Shown: positions 32,604 to 42,664 of the stretch, one piece after another
Layout of the letters: each line of letters starts with the position of its first letter
How positions within the stretch are numbered: the first letter of the stretch is position 1
NCBI GenBank assembly: GCA_965221165.1
Contig: CBDCRP010000003.1
Coordinates: 224,001 to 288,000 of the forward strand
DNA from: a bacterium
Lineage (GTDB): Bacteria > UBA8248
Direction of reading: 5' to 3'
DNA: 64,000 bases
Translations under genes and position numbers: made by a program
Notes under the pieces: model-generated
What the model was told of the DNA's origin: nothing
Seen by the model: only the letters and a program-made list of their open reading frames with translations
Database searches by the model: none

Positions 32604-33350
32604 ATGGCGCCGGAATCTCTCATCATGTTCGCCAAACCACCTCTCGCAGGCCGGGTGAAGACGCGGCTCATCCCGACGCTCGGGAGCGATGGAGCCGCGC
32701 GTCTTTATGCGTGCTTTCTGCGAGACGCCGCCGAAACGGCGCGCGCTCTTCGCCGCGCGAGGCCGGGTATCGCTCTCGTCTGCGAGTGGGCGATCGAGGG
32801 GGGTGAGTCTCTCGATGAATTTCCGCTCTCGGGGTGGCTTCCCGGACGCTTCCTGCACCGCGCGCAAACGGGCGCAGACCTGGGCGCGCGCATGGCGGCG
32901 GCTCTGGGGCGATGCCTGGCCGCCGGGAGGCCCGCCGTGCTCATCGGCACGGATTTTCCCGATCTGCCACACGATATTCTGCTCGAAGCGTTCCAGAATC
33001 TGGAGTGCGGCGATGAGCCGAGGCTCACGCTTGGACCCGCGGCGGACGAAGGCTACTACCTCATCGGGATGAACCGATTTTTCCAAAAAATCTTCACGGA
33101 TATCCCCTGGAGCACGAGCGAGGTGCTCTCCCTGACGATGAAGAGGGCGCGCCAGTTGAAGGTCGACGTTTCGCTTCTGCCCGAATGGCGCGACGTCGAC
33201 TGCGCGGAGGATCTGGAGGCTCTGAAGAGTCGTCTTTCGAATACTCCACGCGCTCCGCATACGCGGGAATATCTGCGCCGATCCGCACCCGGCGTTTGCG
33301 CTGAATCCCGGGAGATGAAAGGATCGGCCGTCCAGTCCGCCGAACGGTGA
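32604..33350 (+). CDS. DUF2064 / TIGR04282-type glycosyltransferase-like protein
   Basis: FAKPPLAGRVKTRL, QTGADLGARM, IGTDFPDL, GPAADEGYYLIG, IPWST, DVDCAEDL family motifs. Confidence 0.9.
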   Translation: MAPESLIMFAKPPLAGRVKTRLIPTLGSDGAARLYACFLRDAAETARALRRARPGIALVCEWAIEGGESLDEFPLSGWLPGRFLHRAQTGADLGARMAAALGRCLAAGRPAVLIGTDFPDLPHDILLEAFQNLECGDEPRLTLGPAADEGYYLIGMNRFFQKIFTDIPWSTSEVLSLTMKRARQLKVDVSLLPEWRDVDCAEDLEALKSRLSNTPRAPHTREYLRRSAPGVCAESREMKGSAVQSAER

Positions 33351-33360
33351 GGGACATGCA

Positions 33361-33993
33361 TTGCCGAACGAAGCCGCCGTAAAAATTACCTATACCTACT
33401 GCGTCCATTGAGCCTGGTGCCTGATCGCGACCGGGCGGTTGCGAAAACTGGCCGAGACGGCGGGGGAGCGCCTCCTTATACGCTATCGCGCCTTTCTGCT
33501 CTCGCCCGAGCCGGATAACCGTCCGGCCCGAAAAGAAGCCATCATGGGCCATTGGGCGATGGCGAAAAATTTTCCCGGAGGTGAGGAGATAAACCCCGAA
33601 CTCATGGCGCATCGCGATTTCCCCTACCCCCATTCCACTCCCGGGGCGCTCGCCATCAAGGCCTTCGCTGCCCAGCTTCCGGGACGGGAGGGCGAATACC
33701 TCGAGGCCGTCGAGAGAACGCACCTGGTCGAATGCCTGAACATCGACGACGACGACGTGCTCGTAGCCGCCGCCGAGCGGCTGGGGGCCGAGCCCGCGAT
33801 GATGCGCGAGGTCATGGCCGACCCGGATATGAAAAAACGCGTCTGGGCGGATCACGTCGAAGCCCTGAACGAAGAGGTGCAATCCACGCCCACGGTCGAT
33901 TTTGCAGGCAAATACAGAATCACCGGCGAACAGCCCATGGAGGTTTTCCTGAAAACCTTCGAGCGCGCCGCCGCCGACTGCGAGGACGCCTAG
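33361..33993 (+). CDS. DsbA/FrnE-like thioredoxin-fold protein, probable selenoprotein (TGA 33409-33411 = Sec)
   Basis: TTG start 6 nt after GAGGGA; reads LPNEAAVKITYTYCVH-U-AWCLIATGRLRKL in frame with the ORF-track 184 aa product; cis-Pro motif QSTPT; SECIS-like hairpin downstream. Confidence 0.85.
33425..33444 (+). promoter_or_regulatory. Putative bacterial SECIS hairpin
   Basis: TCGCGACC-GGGC-GGTTGCGA, 8-bp stem (one G-U), loop starts 22 nt after the TGA. Confidence 0.75.
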
Positions 33994-34000
33994 CTCCATT

Positions 34001-34897
34001 ATGCGCAAGAACAGGTGGTTCGGAAAAATTATCGTCCTTCTGGCGGCGTTTCTACTGCTCTCGGGCTGTGCGAACATCCGCGCCCTCTTCCTCCCGCAAG
34101 AGGAGACCGAGCTTGCGCCTGAATCAAAACCAACGCCCGAGAAGAAAGCGGAAGACCCGCATTTTTTCCGCGTCCTGACGCTTCCCACCTACGAGATGGC
34201 GAAAGAGGCGTATGACAAGACCGCCATTCTCGGGATTCCCTTCCGCAAGGTGGCCGATGAGTTCAAGGAAACCGCAAGCGCCATCGGGAAAGCCCAACCC
34301 TCGGATCTCAGCGTCGGCACCCGGGCCGAGGTGCAGGATTTGAAACTCGGGGCAACGTCTAGAATCATCGAGTCGGACGAGGGTTTTTCGATTCTCCAGA
34401 AAACCACGAGCGCGCTGTATGATCGCGCCCTGAAATTCATGGAGAAAAAAAACAATGCGGACGCCATCAAGCTCATTCGCCGTGATCTCGCGATCAACCC
34501 CGGAAACGTGGACGCCTGGATCGCCCTGGCGAAGATGATGGACGAGGCGGGCGATTTGGAGGAAACGCTCCACGCATATCGCCAAGCCCGTGGATTCGAC
34601 CCGGAGAACCCGGTCGTCTCCAACAAATACGCCAAATACCTCGTCTCCCAGTACCGATACGAAGAGGCGGAAAAAGTACTCAGGGCGGCGGAGGAAATAT
34701 CGCCCGAAGACGCCGTCGTCCTCCTGAACCTCGCCTCCTTGCTCGTCTATCTGAACAAGGAGCTCGACCTGGCCGGCCGCCTGATCTCGCGCGGCTCGAA
34801 AATCGACCCGGGCCGCGCGGCCTGGTATCGCCTCTCGGGAATCATTCAGAAAAGGCGGGAGCCGGGGCTGGCGCCGAAAGCAAAGGGGGTAAATTAG
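34001..34897 (+). CDS. Lipoprotein with PpiC-like segment and C-terminal TPR repeats
   Basis: Signal peptide with LSGC lipobox; TSRIIESDEGFSI resembles the parvulin C-terminus; NPGNVDAW, DPENPV, SPEDAVVLLNLA TPR turns. Confidence 0.75.
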   Translation: MRKNRWFGKIIVLLAAFLLLSGCANIRALFLPQEETELAPESKPTPEKKAEDPHFFRVLTLPTYEMAKEAYDKTAILGIPFRKVADEFKETASAIGKAQPSDLSVGTRAEVQDLKLGATSRIIESDEGFSILQKTTSALYDRALKFMEKKNNADAIKLIRRDLAINPGNVDAWIALAKMMDEAGDLEETLHAYRQARGFDPENPVVSNKYAKYLVSQYRYEEAEKVLRAAEEISPEDAVVLLNLASLLVYLNKELDLAGRLISRGSKIDPGRAAWYRLSGIIQKRREPGLAPKAKGVN

Positions 34898-34950
34898 GGG
34901 AGACGGACAAGTCGCAATTAACCCTATATTTTCGTTACCCCAAGGACTCT

Positions 34951-35103
34951 AATCACTCCCCCCTTGAGGGGGAGTCGGTAAGCTAAGGGCGCAAGCCCGC
35001 AAGCGAGCCGGTGGGGGGAGCTTTTTCTAAAATCATACCCCCCACCGCATCAGCCTTCGCGAAGGCTCGGCTTCTGCGACTCCCCCTCAAGGGGGGAGTG
35101 ATT
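34951..35103. repeat. 153-bp palindromic miniature element with perfect 27-bp terminal inverted repeats
   Basis: AATCACTCCCCCCTTGAGGGGGAGTCG (34951-34977) and exact reverse complement (35077-35103); related copy at 57974-58090. Confidence 0.85.
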
Positions 35104-35135
35104 CTCACCATCACATAATCAGCAGAAACACTTCT

Positions 35136-36232
35136 TTAATCCGACCGCAAATATGAATCGACGCTGGAACAATAGAAAACTCGTTCTTGTTCTGTAAGTT
35201 TTAGAAACCTAGTAAAAACTTCAGGGGATGGATCTATAATCGAGAACGCATCTAGTTTTTTGGACTTAAGGGTTCTTTGAATCAAATTCGCACTTTCATG
35301 GTCTGCTTCGGGGCAAGCATAACCAAATATCACAACATCAGTCGCGTAGTTTAACCTATCCTCTGCCTCGGCCCATAAATGCGATATTGCTGAAGGGAAA
35401 ACTGCAGACTTATGAGGAACTGGTGGAATAATAATAGGAAATGTATATTGGACTCTACTTCCGCCCACATACTCCATTTCTGGATGAATTTCTTTTCTTT
35501 TCGTAAGGTATAATTTCTTCTTTGGATTAAATAATGTAGTTGCTTTTACATCTTTAGAATTATGACGAGAATACCAATTTAAGGAACCATGCAATTTTAA
35601 TATTGTAATTCCGTACGATGTTGATCGCCTTTCTTAAATATATTTGTCGAAGACTTTGGGCTAGTAGTATCTGTGAAATCTATTTGATAGCAATGCGGAA
35701 AATTTAATAGAGGCCAATATTTTTTATAATCTTTATGGTTCTCTATACAATCAAGTGTTTTTTCTATTTGGATATCCTGATTAAATGTAATAATGGATAT
35801 ATCTTCTGGTTTTGCACCTTCATTCAAAAATCCAACTATTAGCTTAAACAACTTCGACCGCGCGCTTGGTTTTATCTCGTTTGTTGTATTCGCTAATCTC
35901 CTGTTGAACAACTTAATGAGGCTTCTGAAATTCTTGTATGCAGCTTCGCGCATAGATAGGTCATTGGAATCCGCGAATAATTTCACCATTACATATTCGA
36001 GGGAATCATATCCCTGGTTACGATCACAAATGTCCAACTTATAATGAAGATTAAAATATTTTTGTATCATTTCAATATCTCTTCTATTTCTTCTGTTTGT
36101 CCGACGAGATTCTCTAAAAAAATTTCCATCTAACGGGGGTTTATTGCCTCCAGTCTTTTGGCTACGAGTACATCCTGCGCCCAAAATTAAAACGATTTTT
36201 CTTCCTTCATATTTATTGGATTCCTTGGACAA
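35136..36232 (-). pseudogene. SIR2-like (SIR2_2 type) NAD-binding protein split by a frameshift near 35597-35634
   Basis: IVLILGAG, IITFNQD in ORF1; ITILKLHGSLNW, IIIPP, VVIFGY in the -1 frame; strongly AT-rich relative to neighbours; TTG start with GGAGG RBS. Confidence 0.8.
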
Positions 36233-36429
36233 ACCAAAACCTCCCTGATTGCTGGTGATAATCATTTTTTGATGCAACTGCCAAAATATCACGACCGACT
36301 AATGCAAGAAATCCGATTTCAGAAATGCTTCGTTCTTCCGCTCGCCGCTCGAATGCGTCATAATGCCTCCCATTCTCGAACCATGCGAAGTTTTATGCCG
36401 AATCGCCAAAATCATGAAAGGGTATCCGG

Positions 36430-37782
36430 ATGAGCGCCGACCTTTTGATTAAAAACGCAAAAATCGTGACGCCCGCAGGCACGTACGAGGGCTGCGTCTA
36501 CGTGGAGGGAGGGCGGATTTCCGCCATCACGCAAAAAGCCGAAACTGGCGCGGCGCGCGAAATCGACGCAGGGGGACGCTTTCTCTTGCCGGGCATGGTG
36601 GATGAGCACGTGCACATGATGGACCCCGGCTTCACGGACAGGGAAGACTGGACGACGGGAACCGAGGCTGCGGCCAGAGGCGGCATCACCACGGTGATCG
36701 ACCACCACAGGAGCGAGCCGCTCGTCTACACGCGCGAGATTCTCGAGGAGAAGACCGCCTACATCGATTCGCGCTCGGTGGTGGATTTCGGGCAGTTGGG
36801 GGGCCTGGACGTCGACAACCTCGAACACTTGCGCCCCATGTGGGAGGGCGGCGCGCTCGGCTTCAAGGGCTTCATGTGCGAGCTTCACGGCGTGCCCGAT
36901 CTATCCGAGGGGGTGCTCCTGAACATCATGCGCGAGGCCAAATCCTTCGGCGCCACGGTGATGCTGCACTGTGAGAGCGATTCGATTCTCAAGAAGTCGA
37001 AAGAGAAAATCGACGCCGACAACAGAACGGACTACATGTGCATCAGCGACTGGCGAAACCCCGAGAGCGAATACGTGGCCACGATGGACGCCGTGGCCCT
37101 GGCCGAAATCACGGGCTGCACCGTGCTGGTGGCCCACGTGAGCCAGCCCATTCTGCTCAGAGCCATCCGGGCGGCGCGCGCGCGCGGAGCGAGAATCTTT
37201 GCCGAAAGCTGCCCCCAGTATTTCTATCTCGATCATTCGCATTTGGAAAAACTCGGGCCGTTCGTCAAGTTCACGCCCGTGATCCGTTCCGCCGAGACGC
37301 GGGACGGAATGCGAGAAGCCCTGGGGCGCGGCATGGTGGACACCATCGGCACCGACCACTGCCCCTTCCCCCGACAGCGGAAGGTGGACGGCCTCGAGAA
37401 CATCCACGATGCGCCTTTTGGGATACCCGGCGTCGAGACGACGGTGCGCCTGATGCTCAACGCCGTGAACGAAGGCGTCCTGACGCTCAACCAGATGGCG
37501 CGAATCTGCTGCGAGCAGCCCGCGCGCGTATTCCGCATCTATCCACGGAAAGGCTGCATCCAGGCGGGGGCGGATGCGGACTTCATCCTCGTGGACATGG
37601 ACCAGGAAGAAACGCTGCGCGATGCGGACATCGTCTCCAAATGCAAGTGGACGCCGTTCGACGGCTGGGGGGTGAAGGGCGCGCCCGTGATGACGCTCGT
37701 GCGCGGCGAAGTCGTGATGGAAGACGGCGAGGTGACAGGCCGAGCGGGGTACGGCAACACCGTGACGCGACCGGGTGGTTAA
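36430..37782 (+). CDS. Cyclic amidohydrolase (allantoinase/dihydroorotase/hydantoinase family)
   Basis: PGMVDEHVH, AARGGITT, FKGFM, HCE, HVS, GTDHCP, KGCIQAGADAD. Confidence 0.9.
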   Translation: MSADLLIKNAKIVTPAGTYEGCVYVEGGRISAITQKAETGAAREIDAGGRFLLPGMVDEHVHMMDPGFTDREDWTTGTEAAARGGITTVIDHHRSEPLVYTREILEEKTAYIDSRSVVDFGQLGGLDVDNLEHLRPMWEGGALGFKGFMCELHGVPDLSEGVLLNIMREAKSFGATVMLHCESDSILKKSKEKIDADNRTDYMCISDWRNPESEYVATMDAVALAEITGCTVLVAHVSQPILLRAIRAARARGARIFAESCPQYFYLDHSHLEKLGPFVKFTPVIRSAETRDGMREALGRGMVDTIGTDHCPFPRQRKVDGLENIHDAPFGIPGVETTVRLMLNAVNEGVLTLNQMARICCEQPARVFRIYPRKGCIQAGADADFILVDMDQEETLRDADIVSKCKWTPFDGWGVKGAPVMTLVRGEVVMEDGEVTGRAGYGNTVTRPGG

Positions 37783-37818
37783 GGGTTAATAGCCAGGAAG
37801 CAAGGTCAAGTTTTTCAG

Positions 37819-38051
37819 GTAGGGGCGGACCAGTGTGTCCACCCGAAACAAGAAGGTCATCCAAGGCAAGTCTTTTCGGCACAAGCATGTACACGGTTCG
37901 GAGACCATAACCATTCGTTCAGCATGAATGGCCGTGCTCTGCCCGCAAAATGAAATTCACAGACCACATCCAACCGAACCAGACAAACACGAATCGCATC
38001 CAGAACAAGTGGGCGGACACTTGGGTGGCAGACATATATGTCTGACCCTAC
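37819..38051. repeat. Inverted pair of GTAG-type REP-like palindromes
   Basis: GTAGGGGCGGACCAGTGTGTCCACCC at 37819; reverse-strand GTAGGGTCAGACATATATGTCTGCC ending at 38051. Confidence 0.7.
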
Positions 38052-38346
38052 AAAAAAACGTAATCACACCTTCCCCCCACAAGCAATTCCTTCATCTACA
38101 GTCGTAAATGATCACGCATCAGCCCGCATTTGCCGTCCATGCCCATCCTGGGGATTCGGGTAAGGTGGCGAAGCGATTCGCTACATTCGGAGCCAAGGGA
38201 ATTGATGAAAATATCGATAAAATTAGATAAATTCACGGGGTTTTTCGATAAATTGACGATGTTTTTCTGAAGACTTTCAAGGCGTCCCCTGATACTCCGG
38301 AGTCCGCTCATACGCCTGATTCGTTTTGCCTGATAAACCATTGATA

Positions 38347-39390
38347 CTACTTTTGTTTCCTCTCCATCTCCAGCAGTTTTCTCTTGCGTTCCAAGCCCCA
38401 GCGATAGCCCGCGAGGCCGCCGTCTCCGCGGACCGCCCGGTGGCAGGGAACCAGCAGCGCCACCGGATTCCGGGCACATGCGCTCCCCACCGCCCTCGCG
38501 CCCCTCTCAAGCCCCAGGTCTTCGGCAATCTCCTTGTATGTCATTGTATTTCCAGGAGGTATGGATTTCAGCCGCTCCCACACGCGGCACTGGAAAGCGC
38601 TGGCGCGCACATCGAGCGGCAAGGATTCAGGAGGCGACTCACCATCTGCGAGTTGCGCGACAATCCTCAAGTATACCTTTAACTCATCATTGCTACGTCG
38701 CAGTATCGCATGGGGATATTCATTTTTCAGATCGAGAACGAGTTCGCCGATTCTCTCCCCGATGCTCACGCGACACACTCCCTTATCCGTAGCCGCGACA
38801 AGCAATCGGCCCAAGCGGCAGCCGGTGATACTGTAGCGAATCGAAACGCCCTCCCCACCTTTTTTATACGTGCCCGGCGTCATCCCCAAATAGCGTGATG
38901 CGCCCTCATACACCCTGCTGCTCGAGCCGTACCCGGCCTCATAGCCGGCGCCCGCCAAGTCGCGCCCGTTTTTCAGTAAATCCTTGTAATTCTGCGCTTT
39001 AAGGGATTCAAGATACCGGCGGGGACTCACGCCCAAAGCCCCCTTGAAGGTGCGCTGCAGATAGTGGGGACTTGCACCCACAGCCTGCCCCAATTCGGCG
39101 AGCGTGGGGTTTTCATCGGCGTGCTCCTCGATGTAGCGAACGGCTTTTCTCACCTTCTCGAGGCGGGGATCGTAGCTGGCACTCTGAGGAGCGCACCTCA
39201 GGCAGGGCCTGAACCCGCGTCCTTCGGCCATTTCGGGGAATTCGAAGATTAACACGTTGTTTTTCTTTGGCTTTCGGCTCGCGCACGAAGGGCGGCAATA
39301 AATGCCGGTGGAGCGAACGGCATATACGAAACGGCCATCCGCCCTTGCGTCGCGCTTGAGTATCGCTTCCCACTGAGCATTCATATCCAC
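38347..39390 (-). CDS. ada: Bifunctional transcriptional activator / methylated-DNA repair methyltransferase Ada
   Basis: STGIYCRPSC, RPCLRC Zn site, AraC HTH, PCHR active site, GYRWG. Confidence 0.95.
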   Translation of the reverse strand: MDMNAQWEAILKRDARADGRFVYAVRSTGIYCRPSCASRKPKKNNVLIFEFPEMAEGRGFRPCLRCAPQSASYDPRLEKVRKAVRYIEEHADENPTLAELGQAVGASPHYLQRTFKGALGVSPRRYLESLKAQNYKDLLKNGRDLAGAGYEAGYGSSSRVYEGASRYLGMTPGTYKKGGEGVSIRYSITGCRLGRLLVAATDKGVCRVSIGERIGELVLDLKNEYPHAILRRSNDELKVYLRIVAQLADGESPPESLPLDVRASAFQCRVWERLKSIPPGNTMTYKEIAEDLGLERGARAVGSACARNPVALLVPCHRAVRGDGGLAGYRWGLERKRKLLEMERKQK

Positions 39391-39553
39391 TTTCAGCCTC
39401 TCAAAAGAAATGAGCGATTACATATTCATCCATAATGTAACCACAACGCCGGGAGTCTTCTATCCGATTCTTGCCGTCAAATCAGATTTCTCATTTTCAC
39501 GCGCCAACGTCTAGTTGATAAAAATTCAAACAGATATAGGGATGACCTCGATT

Positions 39554-41230
39554 TCATATTCCAGAGCGGAACACCACCTTCCCTCCGACCATCGTGAACA
39601 AAGGTTTTATGTCTTTGATATGATCTTCAGGTATCGTCATGTAATCACGGTCAAGCACAACCATATCGGCCAACTTGCCCTTTTCGATGGAGCCGAGTTC
39701 ACTTTCCTTGAATAGCAGGTATGCGTTCGACCTCGTATGAGCAATGAGCGCGTTTTTCCTGGAAACGGTTTCGGTCTCCGAAAGCGCCCTCATCCCGCGT
39801 AAATCTTTGCCCGTAACGGCCCACCACAGGGAAAGCATTGGCGGATAAGGGGCTACGACACCGGCGTCCGTGCCGAGTCCCCAAATGACCCCGCTATTTT
39901 GAACCGTCCGCAACGGCGGCAGCGAGAGAGCGCGTTTTCCCAATCTTCGCCTCAGCGCGGAACCTAAAATCGTCATTTTGCTGTGCAGCGCCAAGGTCAT
40001 TCCGAGCGCTTTTGCGCGCTCGATGTTTCTCATCGAGATGAAATCCGCATGGTGAATCGACCAGCGCAGATTCGATATTTTCTTTTTTTGATTGATTTTC
40101 TCAAAAATGTCCAAATACCGCGTAATCGTCGTATCGCGAAAGGCATGCTCGTGAATCGTCCATCCCCCATCCGCGGCCGCCTCGGAAACTTTTGCGAATT
40201 CATGATAATCCTCATCCGAAGCCCGTGAAGGCCTGAACGGCGAATCGTGGATAGGCGCATACATATGCTCGCCAAGCGCGATTTCACCCATCATCTTGGC
40301 GGATTTATCAGGGCGGGATTTTCGAATTCTCTCAATCACTCTTTTGTTTTGCTCCGGAGTACGGACCCGGAAGCGAGGTGTGTAAAATATCCTTAGCGTG
40401 AGGCCATTTTTGGGGGACAATCTTCTCTTGATCATCTTGTAAGTTTCGTCCCGAACCCCGCCACCACCTACATCGAATAAACTCGTTACTCCAGTACGGT
40501 TAAAGTCCGCCATCAGCTTCTTGAGACCCGATATCACTTTGTTTTCCGTAACTTTCGGCAGTTCACGTCGCAAGAACCGGAAAATGGCCCGACGACCATA
40601 AATTACGCCCGTAGGTGCGCCGGACTCGCTTCTGGCTATGCGCCAACCTCTCGGCTCTTCTGAGTTCTCATCGATACCCGCCTTCTTCAGAGCCTGGCTA
40701 TTCAAGATTATGAGTCGATATGATTGCTGAATAAAAACCGGATTCTTCGGAGCGGCCCCGTCCAACTCCGCTTTCGTAAACAGCCCTGGCATATCGCGAA
40801 ATTGGTCGGGACTCCATCCACCAATGATGAGCACCCACTCCCCGTGTTTCATCAACTTCGCTTTAGCCGAAATGATGGACAGTGCTTTTTTACGTGAAGT
40901 CACCCCATCGATTCTTGCTTCATACTCCCAACACAACGCATGGCGGATGAAATGAACATGATTATCTATCAGACCCGGAATCAGCGTTTTGCCTTTCAGA
41001 TCAATCACTTTCGTATTGGAACCTACCAGTTGAGCTATCTGGGAGTTATCCCCCACAGACAAAATGCGTTCGCCCTGGATGGCCACCGCCTGCTGAATAG
41101 AATAATCCGCATCGACCGTTAATACTTTCCCGTTCACCAGGGCGATATCTGCTGATTGGCCAAACCCAGTAGATGGGAGAACCCCCAAAACTACGAAAAT
41201 TATTGCGAATACTCCATTTTTTAGAATCAT
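39554..41230 (-). CDS. Secreted/periplasmic amidohydrolase (YtcJ-like, amidohydrolase_3)
   Basis: Signal peptide, PGLIDNHVH, LGTD, GSIEKGKLADMVVLDRD, TMVGGKVVF. Confidence 0.88.
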   Translation of the reverse strand: MILKNGVFAIIFVVLGVLPSTGFGQSADIALVNGKVLTVDADYSIQQAVAIQGERILSVGDNSQIAQLVGSNTKVIDLKGKTLIPGLIDNHVHFIRHALCWEYEARIDGVTSRKKALSIISAKAKLMKHGEWVLIIGGWSPDQFRDMPGLFTKAELDGAAPKNPVFIQQSYRLIILNSQALKKAGIDENSEEPRGWRIARSESGAPTGVIYGRRAIFRFLRRELPKVTENKVISGLKKLMADFNRTGVTSLFDVGGGGVRDETYKMIKRRLSPKNGLTLRIFYTPRFRVRTPEQNKRVIERIRKSRPDKSAKMMGEIALGEHMYAPIHDSPFRPSRASDEDYHEFAKVSEAAADGGWTIHEHAFRDTTITRYLDIFEKINQKKKISNLRWSIHHADFISMRNIERAKALGMTLALHSKMTILGSALRRRLGKRALSLPPLRTVQNSGVIWGLGTDAGVVAPYPPMLSLWWAVTGKDLRGMRALSETETVSRKNALIAHTRSNAYLLFKESELGSIEKGKLADMVVLDRDYMTIPEDHIKDIKPLFTMVGGKVVFRSGI

Positions 41231-41389
41231 ACGATTCCCTCGGAATCTAAAAACCATTCTTTACAATTCACCCTAAAATCAAGGATAGAAATACATCTAT
41301 GATGGTGATAACATATTCGCCCTAATCACCACTTACAGCAAATGCGTAGTTGGGGAGATGGTAATTTTCACTATCGAGGAGGAGCTGAA

Positions 41390-42391
41390 GTGAATATTTC
41401 CACAAATTCAAATCAACAAACTCTCAGACCCAAAACAACGGTAGCACCGGTTACAGTCATTCGCTTTGGTGAATTGGCGCCTGACTGGGGGGAATATCAC
41501 GAATCACATATGGAGGGGAATCACCGGGCGATTTACCGATACATTGGCGGTATATCTGGTCAAAATCTACGCTCCCCCCTTCCCGGCTGGGAATTCACCT
41601 GTGGTATCGCCATGACTCCTCCTCAAAACGGCGCGCCGCTTCACGATCATCCAGATGAAGAAATTTTCATGGTCTGGGAAGGTGAATTCGAGATATTTTG
41701 GGAAGATTTTGAAACCAATGCCCCCCAAAGCGTCATTTTGGGTAAATACGATCTTATCCGCGTTCCCTCAGGTGTGATGCGCGGGTTCAGTAATGTCGGA
41801 AAGGATGATGGGTTCATTCATTTTATCCACGGCCAAGGCGACTACCAATACCCCGTCTATCCTGAATCACTGCAAGAAGGTTTGCCCGATGGCGTTCGAA
41901 CCGAATCTTACGTCAATAAACCTGCCTATGACCCGGTCACCCAGCTGGTCCGCTTCGAAGAATGTCCTCGCAACTGGAGCGTTTATCACGAAGCGAAACT
42001 CCCTGAAGGGGTGCGTTCTCTCAGGCGCTATATCGGGGGCGTATCCGGTGATACGGATGAGGGCCCACCGCCTTCCCTATCCGAGGGAGAGATAGGATAC
42101 GCCATGGTGGAATGCGGCAATGGCCGCGGCGCACCGCTGCATGACCATCCATGTGAGGAACTTTTTATCGCGCTAGAAGGCAGTTGGGTAGTCTACTGGG
42201 CTGACGAGCGGGGAAACAACGAGCAAGCCGTTCTCGAACCATGGGATGCTTGCTGGGTGCCCACCGGTGTGCAGCGCGGATTTCGAAATGCCGACCGAAC
42301 GGAAGGTAAAATTCATATTATTCAAGGACAAGGAGCAACTCCAGCTCCCAATTATACGGAGGATTATTCTGCTTTAAAAGAAAATTCTTAG
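41390..42391 (+). CDS. Bicupin protein (two duplicated cupin domains)
   Basis: GAPLHDHPDEEIF...VPSGVMRGFSN and GAPLHDHPCEELF...VPTGVQRGFRN; GTG start after GGAGGAG. Confidence 0.85.
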   Translation: MNISTNSNQQTLRPKTTVAPVTVIRFGELAPDWGEYHESHMEGNHRAIYRYIGGISGQNLRSPLPGWEFTCGIAMTPPQNGAPLHDHPDEEIFMVWEGEFEIFWEDFETNAPQSVILGKYDLIRVPSGVMRGFSNVGKDDGFIHFIHGQGDYQYPVYPESLQEGLPDGVRTESYVNKPAYDPVTQLVRFEECPRNWSVYHEAKLPEGVRSLRRYIGGVSGDTDEGPPPSLSEGEIGYAMVECGNGRGAPLHDHPCEELFIALEGSWVVYWADERGNNEQAVLEPWDACWVPTGVQRGFRNADRTEGKIHIIQGQGATPAPNYTEDYSALKENS

Positions 42392-42664
42392 ATCAAACAG
42401 CGGATGTCGTTTATCCATTTGATGGTAGCAAGTCCAAATCCGAATCGTGCAAATTGAACCATACGGGGCGACACTAGAGAGCAAGGGACGTAAAATGCTT
42501 TCTGCATCCTATAGTAACTCAGCCAAAACGGACCTGTACGAATGCCGCTTGATCGATATCGTTAGATGATTATGCTCAACCAATTCTGAAGAGTTGAAGT
42601 CTACCGAAGGTCCTTGAATTTTGGCCGAATCTTTTGCATGGACTTCTCTTTTCGATCGAACTTC

